Of a DNA stretch of 64,000 nt, positions 25,701 through 38,600 are shown piece by piece. The DNA lies in contig CP158635.1 in the NCBI GenBank assembly GCA_050273025.1, positions 30,814,001-30,878,000 of the forward strand, read 5' to 3'. Every line of letters starts with the position of its first letter. Within the stretch, counting starts at the first letter, position 1. The stretch comes from Cenococcum geophilum. Lineage: Eukaryota. A program made the translations under genes and the position numbers. Below the pieces are notes generated by a model, which saw nothing but the letters and a program-made list of their open reading frames with translations, did not search any database and was not told the DNA's origin.

Positions 25701-28700
25701 CTAGCGTCTATATATTGCTTGGCAGCATCTACCTTAGCAACGCACAATGCTGAGACCTCCTGCAATATTCGCGAATATCAAACGCAGTTACTACGTGGCT
25801 AATTCGCTTTTAATATCGCTAAACTTATTAATATTTATTATATATTTATCATCCATTTGTTTAAGAATTATTTTATAACGCTATTACCGCTTATAACTAA
25901 CTAGGAGACTTGTACGCGTGCATAATCCTAATAAGTAAACCCACTTAGACGACCTACCTTAACTATACCATCGTCTATAACCGCTATACCCTCCTCTACT
26001 AGTTCTATAATGCTGTTTAAGGCTAATATACGCGCCGCTGCCGTAGAAGAGCGTAAAATTACTAAAGAGTAAAGGGAACAAGCCCGAGATAAAAGGGAGA
26101 TTTAGAAGTATAAGGAAGAGCGCGAAGCCCGCCTAGCGGAGGAGGCTTACTAGTATAAATACTACCTAGCTCAAATGGCTTAATTATAGTTAGGCTTGGC
26201 CGCTTCGGCCTTATAGGCCACTATAATAGCTGCTATAGCTGATGTCCTTGGTGAGCCTCTCCCTCCTAGCGTAAAGTTGCTTAAACTTCGCCTTCTTAGC
26301 GTTATAAAAAGGGATTACCTAGACATTTTTAAGGGTACTTTTAATCTAGTAAACCTCGCCCGTTTTTGAGTCTATATTGCTTAAATTAAGATTACCAACA
26401 AGACATGGATTAAGAATGGTACTCTAGTTATAAGGAAGGCAAAGGTAGATAGGAAGCTATTTGTAGATAAAGGCGTCTGGTTTAAAGGTTTTACTAACTA
26501 CATAGTTATTACTGGCACCCTCTGTATATGCCCGCTGGACCTTATCACTAGCATGCTTCTTTAGATAAACACAATTTATACCTTATTAACTTAGTATATC
26601 TGGGTAGGTTATATACTTGACTTAGCACTTAACTATTATACCTTTATAATAACTAATGGCCAACTAGAGCCCGCTAATTGGTAAATGCTAACCTAGTATA
26701 CAGCGCCATACCTTATAATGTCTAGTGCTATCGGCTTCGCCGCCTTAAAGAGACCTAGGTTGGATACCTCCTATACCTCTAATACCTGCCGCAGGTTTAA
26801 TAGCAGAGGCTATGATAATATAGCTTATAAATACCCGTATAAGTGCTTAAAGTGTAGTAAAGATTACACTATATTATCTAAAGCTTGCGCCTAGGAATAG
26901 TAAGGCGAACCTTACAAAGTAGGGTCTAGCCTAATAATAATACTAACTTTAATTATACGCCTAGGACCTAGGCCTAATACGTTACTATTATTCTCTACCT
27001 TTATAGAGGCGAAGGCTCTTTACCACTCTTTATCACCCCTAAGGATCTTAGCGTGGCACTCCCTTCTATTTAACTACCTGGGTAATCTATTAGCCACCTT
27101 AGTAGGCATCCTAACCTATGGCTGCAAGATAGGAGCCGAGTCTATCCTTACCCTAAGATCTTATAGGAACTATAACTCCTCTTAGGATAACGCCGACCTT
27201 ATCTCTAAGAAGATAATATTAGACTTTAAAAAAGGATATATTAGAATCGTAATAGGGCCTATTATAGTCTTACCTCTTGGCCTAGTGCTAAAATCGGATG
27301 GTGGATACCGCCGAATTCACAATCTTTCCTTTCTACTAGCATCTTTAGTTAATGACGTAATCCTAGAAGAATATGGAGCACTAGTATATACTATAGTTAC
27401 CGCTATTTAAGCCTACGTTATTTCTGCAGGTTGTGAATATCTGCTGCTTAAAAGAGATATTAAAGACGCGTTCCGTATAGTCCCCCTATCTTATAGGGCA
27501 AGAACATTAATGGGCTTCTCCTGGGAAGGTGTTACCTACTAGGAATGCTGCCTATCCTTCGGTTTTTAAACTGCGCCGCTTATATTCAACCTCTTTACGG
27601 AAGGTTTGTACTAGATACTCTATTTATAACTGCCTTATAAGGTAAAATACTACCTAGATAACTTTATTTTTATCCTTGCCAACCTAAACGACTTAGCGGC
27701 TGTTACTTAGACTTATATCTCTGTTACTAACTCCCTAGGTATCCCTCAAAATGGCTTTAAAGATATAGTAGGAACTGTTATTAAAGTTCTAGGATATACT
27801 ATTAACACCGTACAAATGTAAACGCGATTGTTACCATAGAAACAATTATATACTATTAAGAAAGTCACTACCACACTCTAATACGGCTCATTATTGTTTC
27901 TTTAAGCCTAGTAGCTTGCGGGCTACCTTATATAGTGCGCCCACGTAATTAGACTTAGTTAATCTTACTCTAGATCCCTCTAAATCTTTATTACTGCTTA
28001 GCCGGAGACTTTGGTAAATAAGCATAAACCTAGGCAATTCAGCACTAAGTTGCGAAGTGACTTATATATCTAGCTTAACCTACTTACTATAAGTAATAGG
28101 GTATTGTTCTTTAACAACGTTAAGCGTACCTATATTTATCTCTTTACTAACGCCTTTACCCAATTTAGGTTTAGCGGCTTTTACTTTTTTAAGGAACTTA
28201 AACACAAGGATAACTAGTAGTAGTATATAGCCAACCTCCCTTAATCTTAGGCGTTTAGTATATTACCTAAGCCCAGTTAATAAGTAGACTATATTAATCC
28301 AAAAGAGATGCATGCTATTGCTTACGTATTTGATCTATAGTCTACCAACTAGCAGCATAGCGCGCTATCTATTTATACTAATAGCATGGTAGTTCACTAG
28401 GGCATTAAGAAGACCGTCGTCCGTGGCATAGTAAACGAATTACTCCGTAAGATTATGCTAGCTGCTATAGCTTACGATATTATAATATCTGTAAAGTGGA
28501 TCCTAGGTGATTTAAATGGCTTGGCTAATATACTATCTTAATTCTAGGCCGCGGCTATCTATTAGTTCTGCCTATACTAGGCCCTTAATTTATTACTACT
28601 AAAGCTAATAAGTTTTTAATAGGTGCCGTAAACCTAACGGACTACTTATAACCGCCTATAAACTTTAAAGATAATATTAACGCGCCATCCAACCTCTACG

Positions 28701-30511
28701 CGCTTCTTCTTTAAAACGGCCTTACGCCAGTAACCCGTAGGAACTATTCCTTAGCAGTTAATAGCTAGGAGTTATACTGCGCACTTAAAGGAGTTTCCTC
28801 CTACCTAGCCAAGCCGCGTGAACTAGGCGAATGGATTGCCTACCGTGCGTTTGGTACCTCCTAGCCACAGATAGGTAGGCTTAAGGCCGAAACCTTATAA
28901 GCCTACATCTTCGCAATTCGCTCGCGCCACGTAGATTACGGCATCTTAATTACAGCATTTAAGGATCCTATAGTACACCGATTACTTGCCGGAGCAGCCG
29001 CTATCTCTCCCTTAGTAAAAAAGGACAAGCAACCCATTACTAGGGATATTCTAGCCCAGGTAGTGACACACGGCCTATTGCTACTGGATGTTAATACTAA
29101 TGCCGCATTTACCCTCGCATTTGCCGGATTTTTACGGATAGGCGAGATCACGTATATTATAGTGGAGCTTAAGAACCGAACGACCTTCCTAGCAAAAAAG
29201 GTCACTTAACACGATATCACCTTTACGCCTAGTAGGATAACATTCTACCTTAAATAGAGCAAAGCTAATAAGTAATACTAGGGCGTTAACGTTGCTATCG
29301 CAGCGGTAGGCGGCCTATTATGCCTAGTTGCTGCTATAACAAAGCTGTTTAATAGGGACCCTTAACCCCTCAACTCTCCCTTATTTAGTCTTAATGGTAA
29401 ACCCTTTGCCTCTTTAGGGGTTCGCAAGATCCTTTCCTCCCGTTTAATAGCTGCTAGGATTAACCTAAGTAGTTACTTAAACCACTCCTTCCACTGGGGC
29501 GCTGCCTAGTTTGCTAAAGATTTAGGGTGTTTACACTAGCAAATTTAGCAGCTAGGTCGGTGGTTATTAGAAGCCTTTCGCCTATATATTAGGACTAAGA
29601 CCACTAACCTCCGTCGCCTTAACTCTTACTTTTAGCGTGGTGTACCGCTCTTAGCGTAAGGATTACTACGTAATAGGTTAAGATGTTAAGAGGGCCGCCA
29701 AGGCACTAGTGGTAAGCGAGCTAATAGCAATTTTCCATGCCGGGCATGGAAAATCCTGATTAGTTGGCTTATAACTTAGGGTCGGCAGAATATAGCAGAA
29801 TGCGACAATGTGGCAGAATTTGGCAGAATGCGACAATGTGGCAGAATTTGGCAGAATGCGACAAGGTGGCAGAATTTGGCAGAATATGGCAGAATGCGGT
29901 AATGTCTTGTTGGGCGCAGGAGCTTCGCTTAGGGATATCTGGCCGCTTTAGGGCAAATCCTTAGCAGATTTAAGTGCTAGGAACTAGCAAAACTGCTAAG
30001 AACTAGCCCTAGAGCGACCTTATAGCCCTGCGCCTCCCAATTATACAAAAATTAAAATATCCCCTCACGTAACTGCGATAGATAGATACTAGCGTCTATA
30101 TATTGCTTGGCAGCATCTACCTCAGCAACGCATAATGCTGAGACCTCCCGCAATATTCGCGAATATCGAACGCAGTCACTACGTGGCTAATTTGCTTTCC
30201 CCACCCGCCATCCCTTACACTTAGTATGCATTATATATAGATAGCGCTTTAAGGCAATTCTTTAGTAGGTGCTAGGAACTAGTAAAACCACTAAGAGCTA
30301 GCCTTAATGCGACCACTACAGTTAGATAGTCTTGCAGCCATAGGCTTGCGGTCAGGGATATCTGGCCGCTTTAGGGCAAATCCTTAGCAGATTTGAGTGC
30401 TAGGAACTAGCAAAACTGCTAAGAACTAGCCCTAGAGCGACCTTATAGCCCTGCGCCTCCCAATTATACAAAAATTAAAATATCCCCTTACGTGACTGCG
30501 ATAGATAGATA
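25701..30511 (+). mobile_element. Ngaro-type tyrosine-recombinase (DIRS order) retrotransposon, RIP-inactivated
   Basis: Split direct repeats A1 (25701-25810), B1 (~29931-30088), A2 (30089-30198), B2 (~30354-30511). RT remnants LPLGLVLKSDGGYRRIHNLS, KRDIKDAFRIVP, CCLSFGF*TAPLIFN, YYLDNF (27270-27670), then RNase H. YR remnants AFAGFLRIGE (~29117-29147), HSFHWGAA and LGRWLLEAFRLY (29482-29587). Confidence 0.92.
29790..29898. repeat. TGGCAGAAT-based tandem array in the Ngaro 3' region
   Basis: About 9 copies of GGCAGAAT arranged in ~29-bp higher-order units. Confidence 0.85.
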
Positions 30512-30554
30512 TTATTATTTTAGATAATTTAATATAATATAGCGATGGTTCTCT

Positions 30555-32290
30555 TCTACCTATTTACCTATTAACTTACCTACCTACCTGCATCGCCTAC
30601 CTGTCTGCATTGCCTACCTATCTATATTACCTACCTATTTATATCGCCTACCTATTTGCATTTGCCTACCTGTCTATATCTGCCTACCTATTAGCATCTA
30701 CCTACCTGTCTGCATCTACCTACCTATCTATATTTGCTTGCCTATCTGCATCTACTTACCTATCTGCATCTGCCTGCCTATCTATATCTACTTACCTGTC
30801 TGCATCTACCTACCTATCTATATCTACCTACCCGTCAGCATCTACCTGTTTGTGCCTACCTGTCTGTGCTACCTTAATTCGATTAATTAATTGAATCGTT
30901 TATAGTGTTCGCTGGCTAGTTATTGTCGTCTGGCTCTGGCGACAGTTATCTAGTTCTGGCGATAGTTGTCTGGTTCTGGCGACGGTTGTCTGGTTTTGGT
31001 AACGGTCGTCTGGCTCTGGTAATGGTTGTCTGGTTCTAGCGACGGTTGTCTGGTTCTAGCGACGGTTATCTAGTTCTGGCGACGGTTGTCTGGCTCTAGC
31101 GACGGTCGTCTGGTTTTAGCGACATTCGTCTAACTCTGGAGACGGTTGTCTGGTTCTGGCGACGGTCGTCTGGCTCTAGTGACGGTCGTCTGGCTCTGGC
31201 GACGGTCGTCTGGTTCTGGTAACGGTTGTCTGGTTCTGGCGACGGTCGTTTGGTTCTAGCGATAGTTGTCTGGCTCTGGCGATAGTCGTCTAGCTCTAAC
31301 GACGGTTGTTTGGTTCTAGCGACGGTCGTCTGGCTCTGGCGACGGTCGTCTGGTTCTGGTAACGGTCGTCTGGTTCTGGTAACGGTCGTCTGGTTCTGGC
31401 GACGGTCGTCTGGTTTTAGCAATAGTCATCTAGTTCTAGCAACGGTCCTCTGCTGGCTGCCGTTCTAGTGCCTCCCTAGGTAGGGAGGATGTAAGGAAGG
31501 AAGGAAGGGTAAAAAATAAGGCGGCTACATAGGCAGAGACACGTGTAGACGCTATCGGGAATATAGCGGGGACCCGATGCAGAGCTTCGTGTAGAGCCTC
31601 CGTACGCAGAGCTTCGCGCAGAGCCTTGTGCAGAGCCTCTGTACGTAGAGCTTCGTATAGAGCTTCGTGTAGAGCTTCGCGCAGAGCCTCGTGCAGAGCT
31701 TCGTGTAGAGCCTCCGTACGCAGAGCTTCGCGCAGAGCCTCGTGCAGAGCTTCGTGCAGAGCTTCGTGCAGAGCTTCGTGCAGAGCCTCCGTACGCAGAG
31801 CCTCGCGCAGAGCCTCGTGCAGAGCCTCTGTACGTAGAGCTTCGTGCAGAGCTTCGTGCAGAGCCTCCGTACGCAGAGCCTCGCGCAGAGCCTCGCGCAG
31901 AGCCTCGTGCAGAGCCTCTACGTAGAGCTTCGTGCAGAGCTTCGTGCAGAGCTTCGTGCAGAGCTTCGTGCAGAGCTTCGTGCAGAGCTTCGTGCAGAGC
32001 TTCGTGCAGAGCCTCCGTACGCAGAGCTTCGCGCAGAGCCTCGTGCAGAGCCTCTGTACGTAGAGCTTCGTGTAGAGCTTCGTGTAGAGCTTCGTGTAGA
32101 GCTTCGTGTAGAGCTTCGTGTAGAGCTTCGTACAGAGCTTCGTGCAGAGCTTCGTGCAGAGCTTCGTGCAGAGCCTCTGTACGTAGAGCTTCGTGTAGAG
32201 CTTCGTGTAGAGCTTCGTGTAGAGCTTCGTGTAGAGCTTCGTGTAGAGCTTCGTGTAGAGCTTCGTGTAGAGCCTTATGCAGAGCCTCTA
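30555..32290. repeat. Three consecutive minisatellite arrays: 18-mer TCTGCATCTACCTACCTG-like (30555-30870), 20-mer GGCGACGGTCGTCTGGTTCT (30925-31450), 12/14-mer GCAGAGCTTCGT/GCAGAGCCTCCGTAC (31579-32290)
   Basis: Directly visible; they explain the repetitive ORFs in the track. Counterparts at 16590-17600 and, inverted, 49825-51420. Confidence 0.95.
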
Positions 32291-34299
32291 AGTAATAAAA
32301 CTGTGTAAAAATTTATTTGCGTAATTAGTATATAACTTTACCTTAATTGCATGTCAAGGAATATACAGTTAGCTTTTAAAGTTGTTAAATAGGTTAACTG
32401 CGTGTTAAGGAATATATAGTTAGCTATTAAGTAGGTCAACTGCGTGTTAAGGAATATATAGTTAGCTTTAAAGTTGTTAAATAGGTCAACTGCGTGTTAT
32501 TTGACTTTTGGATGTGTCAAATTGGTTAATTGCGTGTCAAGTTGGTTAATTGCGTGTCGAGTTGGTCAAATTGCATGTCAATTACGCGAAACGCGAAAAC
32601 CAAAGTCTACTTGAATCTCATCCTGCGAATATTTTCCCGATGTTAGTAATATTAGGATTTCTCTAAATAAATAAGGAGTAGCTTAGGTTCGATCCTACTA
32701 TTCTAACATTAGACGGTAAACGGTATATTAAAATTATACGCAACGGCTAGACTAAGCGTCTTATCCTTAATAATATTATTAAGCGGGCACGCTACGTTAT
32801 AGGTTAGGCGATAACTTACTAGAAAGGATATTATAAAAGGGACACCTCTAAGAAACCCCTTATTATTAAAGACTTATAGTAGTACCTAGAGCGCGAGGAA
32901 GAAGGCAAACTGCTATATAAGATATTAAAGAAGGGAGTAGTTAACGTAGCCAGGTACTATTACTATAAGACTATTTATATAGGTGGATAAAATAATAATA
33001 TCTTTAATATCCGTAAGGGGCTAGATATTACTAAAGCAACAAACTATAAGCTAGAGGGCTTAATAATACTTTTAAGACTGGTTAGAGTACAAGGTAGTAT
33101 AAGAAAAGGTTAAAGTTCTAGTAGAAAGAGGTCTTCTAGTTATAGCGCCCTATTACTACCCAGTAAGCGCCTATATTTAACCTCTCTAACTAAGCGCCCT
33201 ATTAAGTAGAATCGCGTATATTAATATATTATTACTAGTAACTATAGAAAGCCTCTTTATAAGGTAAGCTCTTGGGCTATAATACTTACTGCACTAAAGG
33301 GTAGCATTAAAGGATATAAGTCTTTATATATATAGGCCGGTGTTATCTAATATAATATTTTAATAGGCAACCTTATAATAAACAAGGAAGATAATAATCC
33401 TTCTTAGCTGGCATTCTTAATTGACTTTAATCTCGCGATAAAAGAGAAGCGAGAAGGACCTTTAGGAGTATAGGATAAGACCGGTATAAGAGCGTTTATA
33501 GCTATAGGAGTGCTTCTAGGCGAGAAACACTCCTTTAGGCATAATCTGGAGTTGTTTTTTTAGGTGCTTTTCTAGATATACGTACACTATAATAGGCCGG
33601 GTAAAGATATTAGTCTAACTAAATTTAAGCGTTAGAACTATAAGAATACTACTAAGTTAGCTAAGTTAAAATTGGGGCTAGTAAATAGGAAAGGGCATTT
33701 TCTTAACTATATAGCTAAGGCATTTACACCTTATTACTAGCCGCTAGTCCCATAGGTTAATAAGCTATAAAAGGTGGTTTTCCTAATAGACAGGAGATAG
33801 GAGAAGAAAGATAGGGGGCTTTATTCCTAGATAAAAGAGATTCTTTAGTAAGTATAGAAGGATTTAAAGATACTAGCAGAGTAAATAGAGTAATATTTTA
33901 TTACCCTATGCTCTTCTACCGCACAAGTTAAAGGTTTGTAGAGATTTGGGCGGCTTAGGCTAGGTAGTAGCCTTAGTTAAAACGTATATAAAATAGTATA
34001 GGATAGGCTAAATAAACTTAGGAAAGCGGATAACCCAATCTTCCGCTAGATCATTAGGTCCCTATACCTTACTATCCCGTATAGGCTTTATATTTCTACA
34101 AAATATATAATTTATTCCCTAGCCTATTAGAAGCCGCCTTATGCCGCCTAAATAGAGGCCGTAGGAGAATTAATCCCTTACTCTAGCTAATCCCCTAGAG
34201 TATATAGCTTGGCCAGTGTTATTAAAAGCTCTATTAGTGCCCGCTAAGGTACTAAAACCTCGGCTAGTGTTAATATTTTAACTCCGACACAGCTTTACT

Positions 34300-37200
34300 T
34301 AGCATATAATTAAACTCTTATCGCATTACGTTTAGAGTCGATAACGCAATTATATTTCAATTATAACGTCATTACAGCCGTTTATAAGCTTTAATTAAAT
34401 ACTTCCTACTATCCAACACAATTTTAAAAGAGCTCGGTAATGATATGGATAAGGTAAGTTTTAGGAGGTTATATTAAGGTTATATTAAGGTTTTATTAAG
34501 GATCTAATATAGCTATAAAGCCTAGAGAACCAGCAATCTAAAGTAGGAGAGGTATTTATTAATATTCTATCCCCATTATTATTATAATCTAACCTAACTA
34601 TATTAGTTGCCGCCGAATCCCTTTTAGCCTCTAGAGAACAACTGCGATAACTTCTATGTAAGCAGCGTAGGTATATATTTAGGTTATATTTATAATCTAA
34701 TATAGAATAGATACCACTTAATAGTCCAAACACGCAATTTTGTAATGAGGTAAAGTGACTTTTAGTGATTATAAGAAGGATCTAATTAGGATATAGACTA
34801 AGAATTTTCTGCAAAATAGGAAGGTGAATACTTTTACTAGGATGGAGGTTGCAAAAGATATAAGTTATATTTTAGACAAAACCACGTTATATCTATAATC
34901 TAACCTTAATAGATTATTGATAAAGTCCTTAGCAGCCCTAGCGGCTCTATATAAGATCCAGACGCCACTATAATGGCTATATATAGCACTTCGGCGAATA
35001 GGGCAGCAGCTTCTAGGCCATATTCTAATCTAGACTTAGATAGTAGTAAGGGCGAGGGTTCTGGCACTTATGATGCTGCTCTGTAGCTAAATACTATAAA
35101 GAGGCGCATTTCTAGTGCCCCCGCTTAATATATTAAGGTATAGTACCTTAGACTTAACAAGCGCCCAAGGTAGATTCCGTTCTTTTATATTAAGGTAATA
35201 TCTAGTATATATTTAGCTTATATCTAAGATATAACTTAAATATAGCCCCGCGGCGAACATTTTCTCGTCCATATTCTGCTAGAGGAGATTTTCTATAAAT
35301 AGGATTATATTATTAGGAAGACTGTGAGTTATAAGTGCTATATATCTTTATTATATCCTAGATCTAATTATAATAGGATCCAAATACTAAGCATACTGTT
35401 TGCGCTTGGGAAAAAAAAATCGTAAATAGTTATAGAGGATTGATTAAGTATATTAAGTCGGATTTTCTAGTAAGATCCTAGATATATCTACATTATAACC
35501 TCCTTCTAACCTTAAAATAAAGAAAGGTGGAGGCTATATAATTAGGAGTGTAAAGCCTAGAGGTTGAAAAGAACTAGAATTAGATAATTTGGATAGTATG
35601 TTTATCTATATATCTATATTATATCCTAAATCTAACTTATCTTAGCGGCTTAGAAGACACTTTATAGAGCTATTTATACGAAGGAGGAACTGTAGGTTAT
35701 ATGACCTATTAGTAAAGCAGTGAGAAGGCTAGAATATATTGCTAATATATTTTAGCCCCCCTAGCTAAAAATATACCCTTAATAGCTAAAGGTCGTGGAA
35801 AACGCAAAGCAACTTTAGCAGATCTAGGTATATTATTATTTATAATCTTATTATATTATAGATCTAACTAGATTATATAAAGGAGCTAGTTAAGTAGATA
35901 TATATTATATTCCGTTTTAGAATTCTATTAACCTCTTTTTTTTTTTTTTTTTTTTTTATATCCATTGTATTATACTACGTACAATACTGTGCATGCAGCC
36001 TTGGGCTATGGCGCTATAGTTCTATATACATAAATCCTTTCTAGGCAGCTTAATATGTACTAGTAGCTATGTCCTAGTAGTTTATAAACCCCTAAATTAG
36101 GAGTTTATAGTTTCCTAGTAAAATACTAAGATACTACAACTACTAGGGAATGAGAAAATGGTAAGAAAAACTATAAGAAATCCTAACCCCTGTCCCTGTC
36201 CTTTTGCAATTTATTTCTATCCTTTTGCTCTCTAATATCGTTTTAAGAGCCTAGTAGGAGTTACCCCCTTTTAGAATCCTATCTGTTTTATTCTTCCATA
36301 GAGTCTTCTTCGCGTACTAGTTTAGCAGCTTTAAGAGTCTCGCAGTCTTTACTATTAGCAAAGTGTTTTTCTTTACAATTAATGCAAAGAGGGGTGATAT
36401 GCTGGCAAGGCCTGCCTATTATTATACAGGTAGAACAGGAATGGTCTTTAGATAAATATGCAGCTGCACAGTATCTGTAGGCCCTAGTAGAGCACCTGTC
36501 TCCTATATGGCCAAATTTTTGGCAGTTCGTACACTGTGTAGTAGGAGAGACTTTGAGGTATTTTATTACCTTAGTAGCTGTACCTGCAATTGATATCTCT
36601 TTTTGCTTAAGGATTTCTTGTTTTTTTTCTTCGTTCTCTATAGTAAAAACTATAGAGCCAAATCTGGTCTGTGGATCGTGTCTTTTTACACTAGATGAGA
36701 TCCATCTAGGTAGTCCTTGTAACCTTATAGGATTAAAGGTCTCAATTTCTTCTTTTAGAAGCTTAGAGCCTCCTTCTCCTAGGAAAGGTAGGGTAGGAAC
36801 CCTATGGGCTATAATTTGAACCCATGGTTCTAGTTTTTGTTCTCTTTGAAAGGTAAAGCAGTTATGCCAGATTTCCTTATATTTAACTAGGAAATCCGCA
36901 TTATACTCTTCCGTAGTCGTAAGGAGGATATTTTGTTTTCCCTTAGTTCTAGCTATAGATGCTAAAACAGGTTTTTCTACTTGCAGTTTTGATGCAAATA
37001 GTTGATTGACTTTATTTCGTATAGAGAAGGTATCTAGAGGTTGGTCCTTTTGGTCTGTAATTAGGACTAGCTTTCTTTCTTATAGCTGCTTTTTCTTACT
37101 TCTAGTAGAAGTAGAAGGAGTAGGAAATAGTAGTGACGAGGAGGGTAGAGAGGACGAAGTAGGGAGGTCCTTCTTTAGCCTCTCTGCGTAGGTTTCTTTA

Positions 37201-38600
37201 GTAGGGGCTACCTCCTTACGGAGAGCTCTTACTTCTTCGACTAGTCCTTTTAGGACATCTTTTGTCTTTTCTTTTTCTTTTCCTTTTATAAAGGGGTTTT
37301 CTCCTGCTAGGATACTCCTTGTATAGTCCTCTAGCTATTTAACTTGTTCTTTTTCTTCTTCTTTTTCTAGCCCTTTATATGCCTAGGTTAGGCTTTCTAG
37401 AGCTTTTTATAGGTGTTGTTCTAGAGAAAGGGGAGGAAAAGGTATAGGTGTACTAGGTGTGCCATCCGTAGTAGTCATTGGTTTCTTTTTTACAGGTTTT
37501 TGGTTTTCTTTTTCAGGAGAAGTTTAAGGATGTTCTCTTTTCTCTCCCTTCTTAGATAAGCTGGGAGGAGAAAGAAAAGAAGATGAAAATAGAAATCTAT
37601 TATCATTTCTTTCTATAGGGGTTTCGCCTATAGACTCGTTGTCGTCACTTGTCTCTATAGGAGGTTTCTTTTTAGGCCTAGTAGGCCTTGGCATCTTGTA
37701 GGGGGAGTTTTCTAGTTTTTACTATCCTTGTACCCTTTTTCCTTACTAATCCTACTAGAGGATTTCTGGGGAGATTAGGTTTAAAGGTAGTAGTAATACT
37801 AGACCCCTGGTATTGGTGGTGGTGGTAGTAGTAGTAGTTTTGGTGTTCCTGTCCGTGCCTCGCTTACAAGCTAGGACCACCCCTAAGAAGAATTTTCTAT
37901 TGGGGGAAAGGGGGTAAAACGACAATTAAATCCACCTATAGCTTGCTAAGCAGTAGGAATTGGGTCTTGAAAGTTGGAAAATCGATTGTTTTTGGTGGTA
38001 AGATGGGTATGCGTAAGTTTTGAAGTGCGGCGCTACCTTTTGGTAAGGTTGCATGTGTGGTAAAAGGTTCTATTAACCTCTAAGAGTAAGGTAAGTTTAG
38101 GTAGTTATAATTACTATATAACTATAATCTAACTTTAATATAGCCTAATCGCGTCGCGATATTTAAGGTTATTAGCAAACCTAAGAATTAGAAATGTTCT
38201 TTATATAGGACCAGTAATAAGAGTAAGTTTACTAGTTATATTTCTGTTATATCTTAGATCTAATGTAAATAGTATACTTATCTAACTGGGGTATATATAT
38301 CTGGTTTAATAAGGTATACTTATAGTTTTTAATTATATTATTAATATATCTATAATCTAATTATAAATAGAACTTCGTTTTACCTAATATAATACTGCCG
38401 GAGGTTATAGATGACTTTAATAACAGGGAGTCGTTTAATACTAAGGAGGACTACGCCGTATAGGTTAAATAGGTTAAGGCGTTTATGCATCTTAGATACA
38501 TGCTAGTTATATCCTAGTTATATTATGGACACTATAAAGTATTATACATAGGCTATAGAATATTGCGCGGAGTATAGGCATAGCGCGGAGAATTTGGGTT
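34300..38600 (+). pseudogene. Possible RIP-degraded intron-rich gene of unknown type, interrupted by a LINE derivative
   Basis: Repeated intron-like blocks GTAAG/GTAT/GTGAG...ATCTAAC/ATCTAAT...TAG of ~45-65 bp (e.g. 34454-34512, 34553-34606, 34671-34710, 38092-38142) separated by short, more GC-rich segments. Product not recognised. Confidence 0.4.
35937..38067 (-). mobile_element. Non-autonomous LINE (Tad1-like) encoding only ORF1/Gag, copy 1
   Basis: Poly(A) tail (T run 35937-35957); 14-bp TSD TTCTATTAACCTCT at 35923-35936 and 38068-38081. ORF1 remnant 37694-36288 (469 codons, frame preserved, RIP stops) with QCTNCQKFGHIGDRC...CINCKEKH zinc knuckles. No ORF2. Confidence 0.9.

Larger units (their letters stand above)
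25426..32642 (+). mobile_element. Non-autonomous TIR element (CATCGGGAAAATAT ends, 2-bp TSD; CMC/EnSpm-like by TSD), ~2.4 kb plus nested Ngaro element
   Basis: Ends CATCGGCAAAATAT (25426) and ATATTTTCCCGATG (32642); TSD TT. Removing it restores the kinase frame. Near-identical inverted copy at 49406-51728. Superfamily assignment is inference. Confidence 0.88.
18350..33885 (+). pseudogene. RIP-degraded fungal-type protein kinase (FunK1/Pkinase_fungal) split by two insertions; pieces ~18350-19242, 25314-25425, 32645-33885
   Basis: Joined reading ELKSNLKTDIPLQA*FNLRKYIKEVFTA*NTYYF | ILGFILYRSIMRL*EYN*VGGIISLLFNINKD | VILGFL*INKE*LRFDPTI, later YNILIGNL...FLIDFNLA...TGIRAFIAIGVLLGEKHSFRHNLELFF*VLF. 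These match FunK1 motifs (HRDIS.GN, LIDLDLA, TGT..FMA, HDLESFFWV) after RIP. Start approximate. Confidence 0.88.

Noticed and set aside
28700..29660. Tyrosine recombinase as a Starship captain or Crypton
   Set aside because: It follows RT/RNase H inside split direct repeats, so it belongs to the Ngaro retroelement.
30610..32308. Repetitive ORFs (YL-rich, PDDRRQ, RASC, ELRA repeats); likewise 17396-17626, 49822-50226 and 50971-51405
   Set aside because: They are translations of minisatellite arrays, open in several frames, with 20-bp and mixed 12/14-bp units that shift frame. There is no consistent start or stop between copies.
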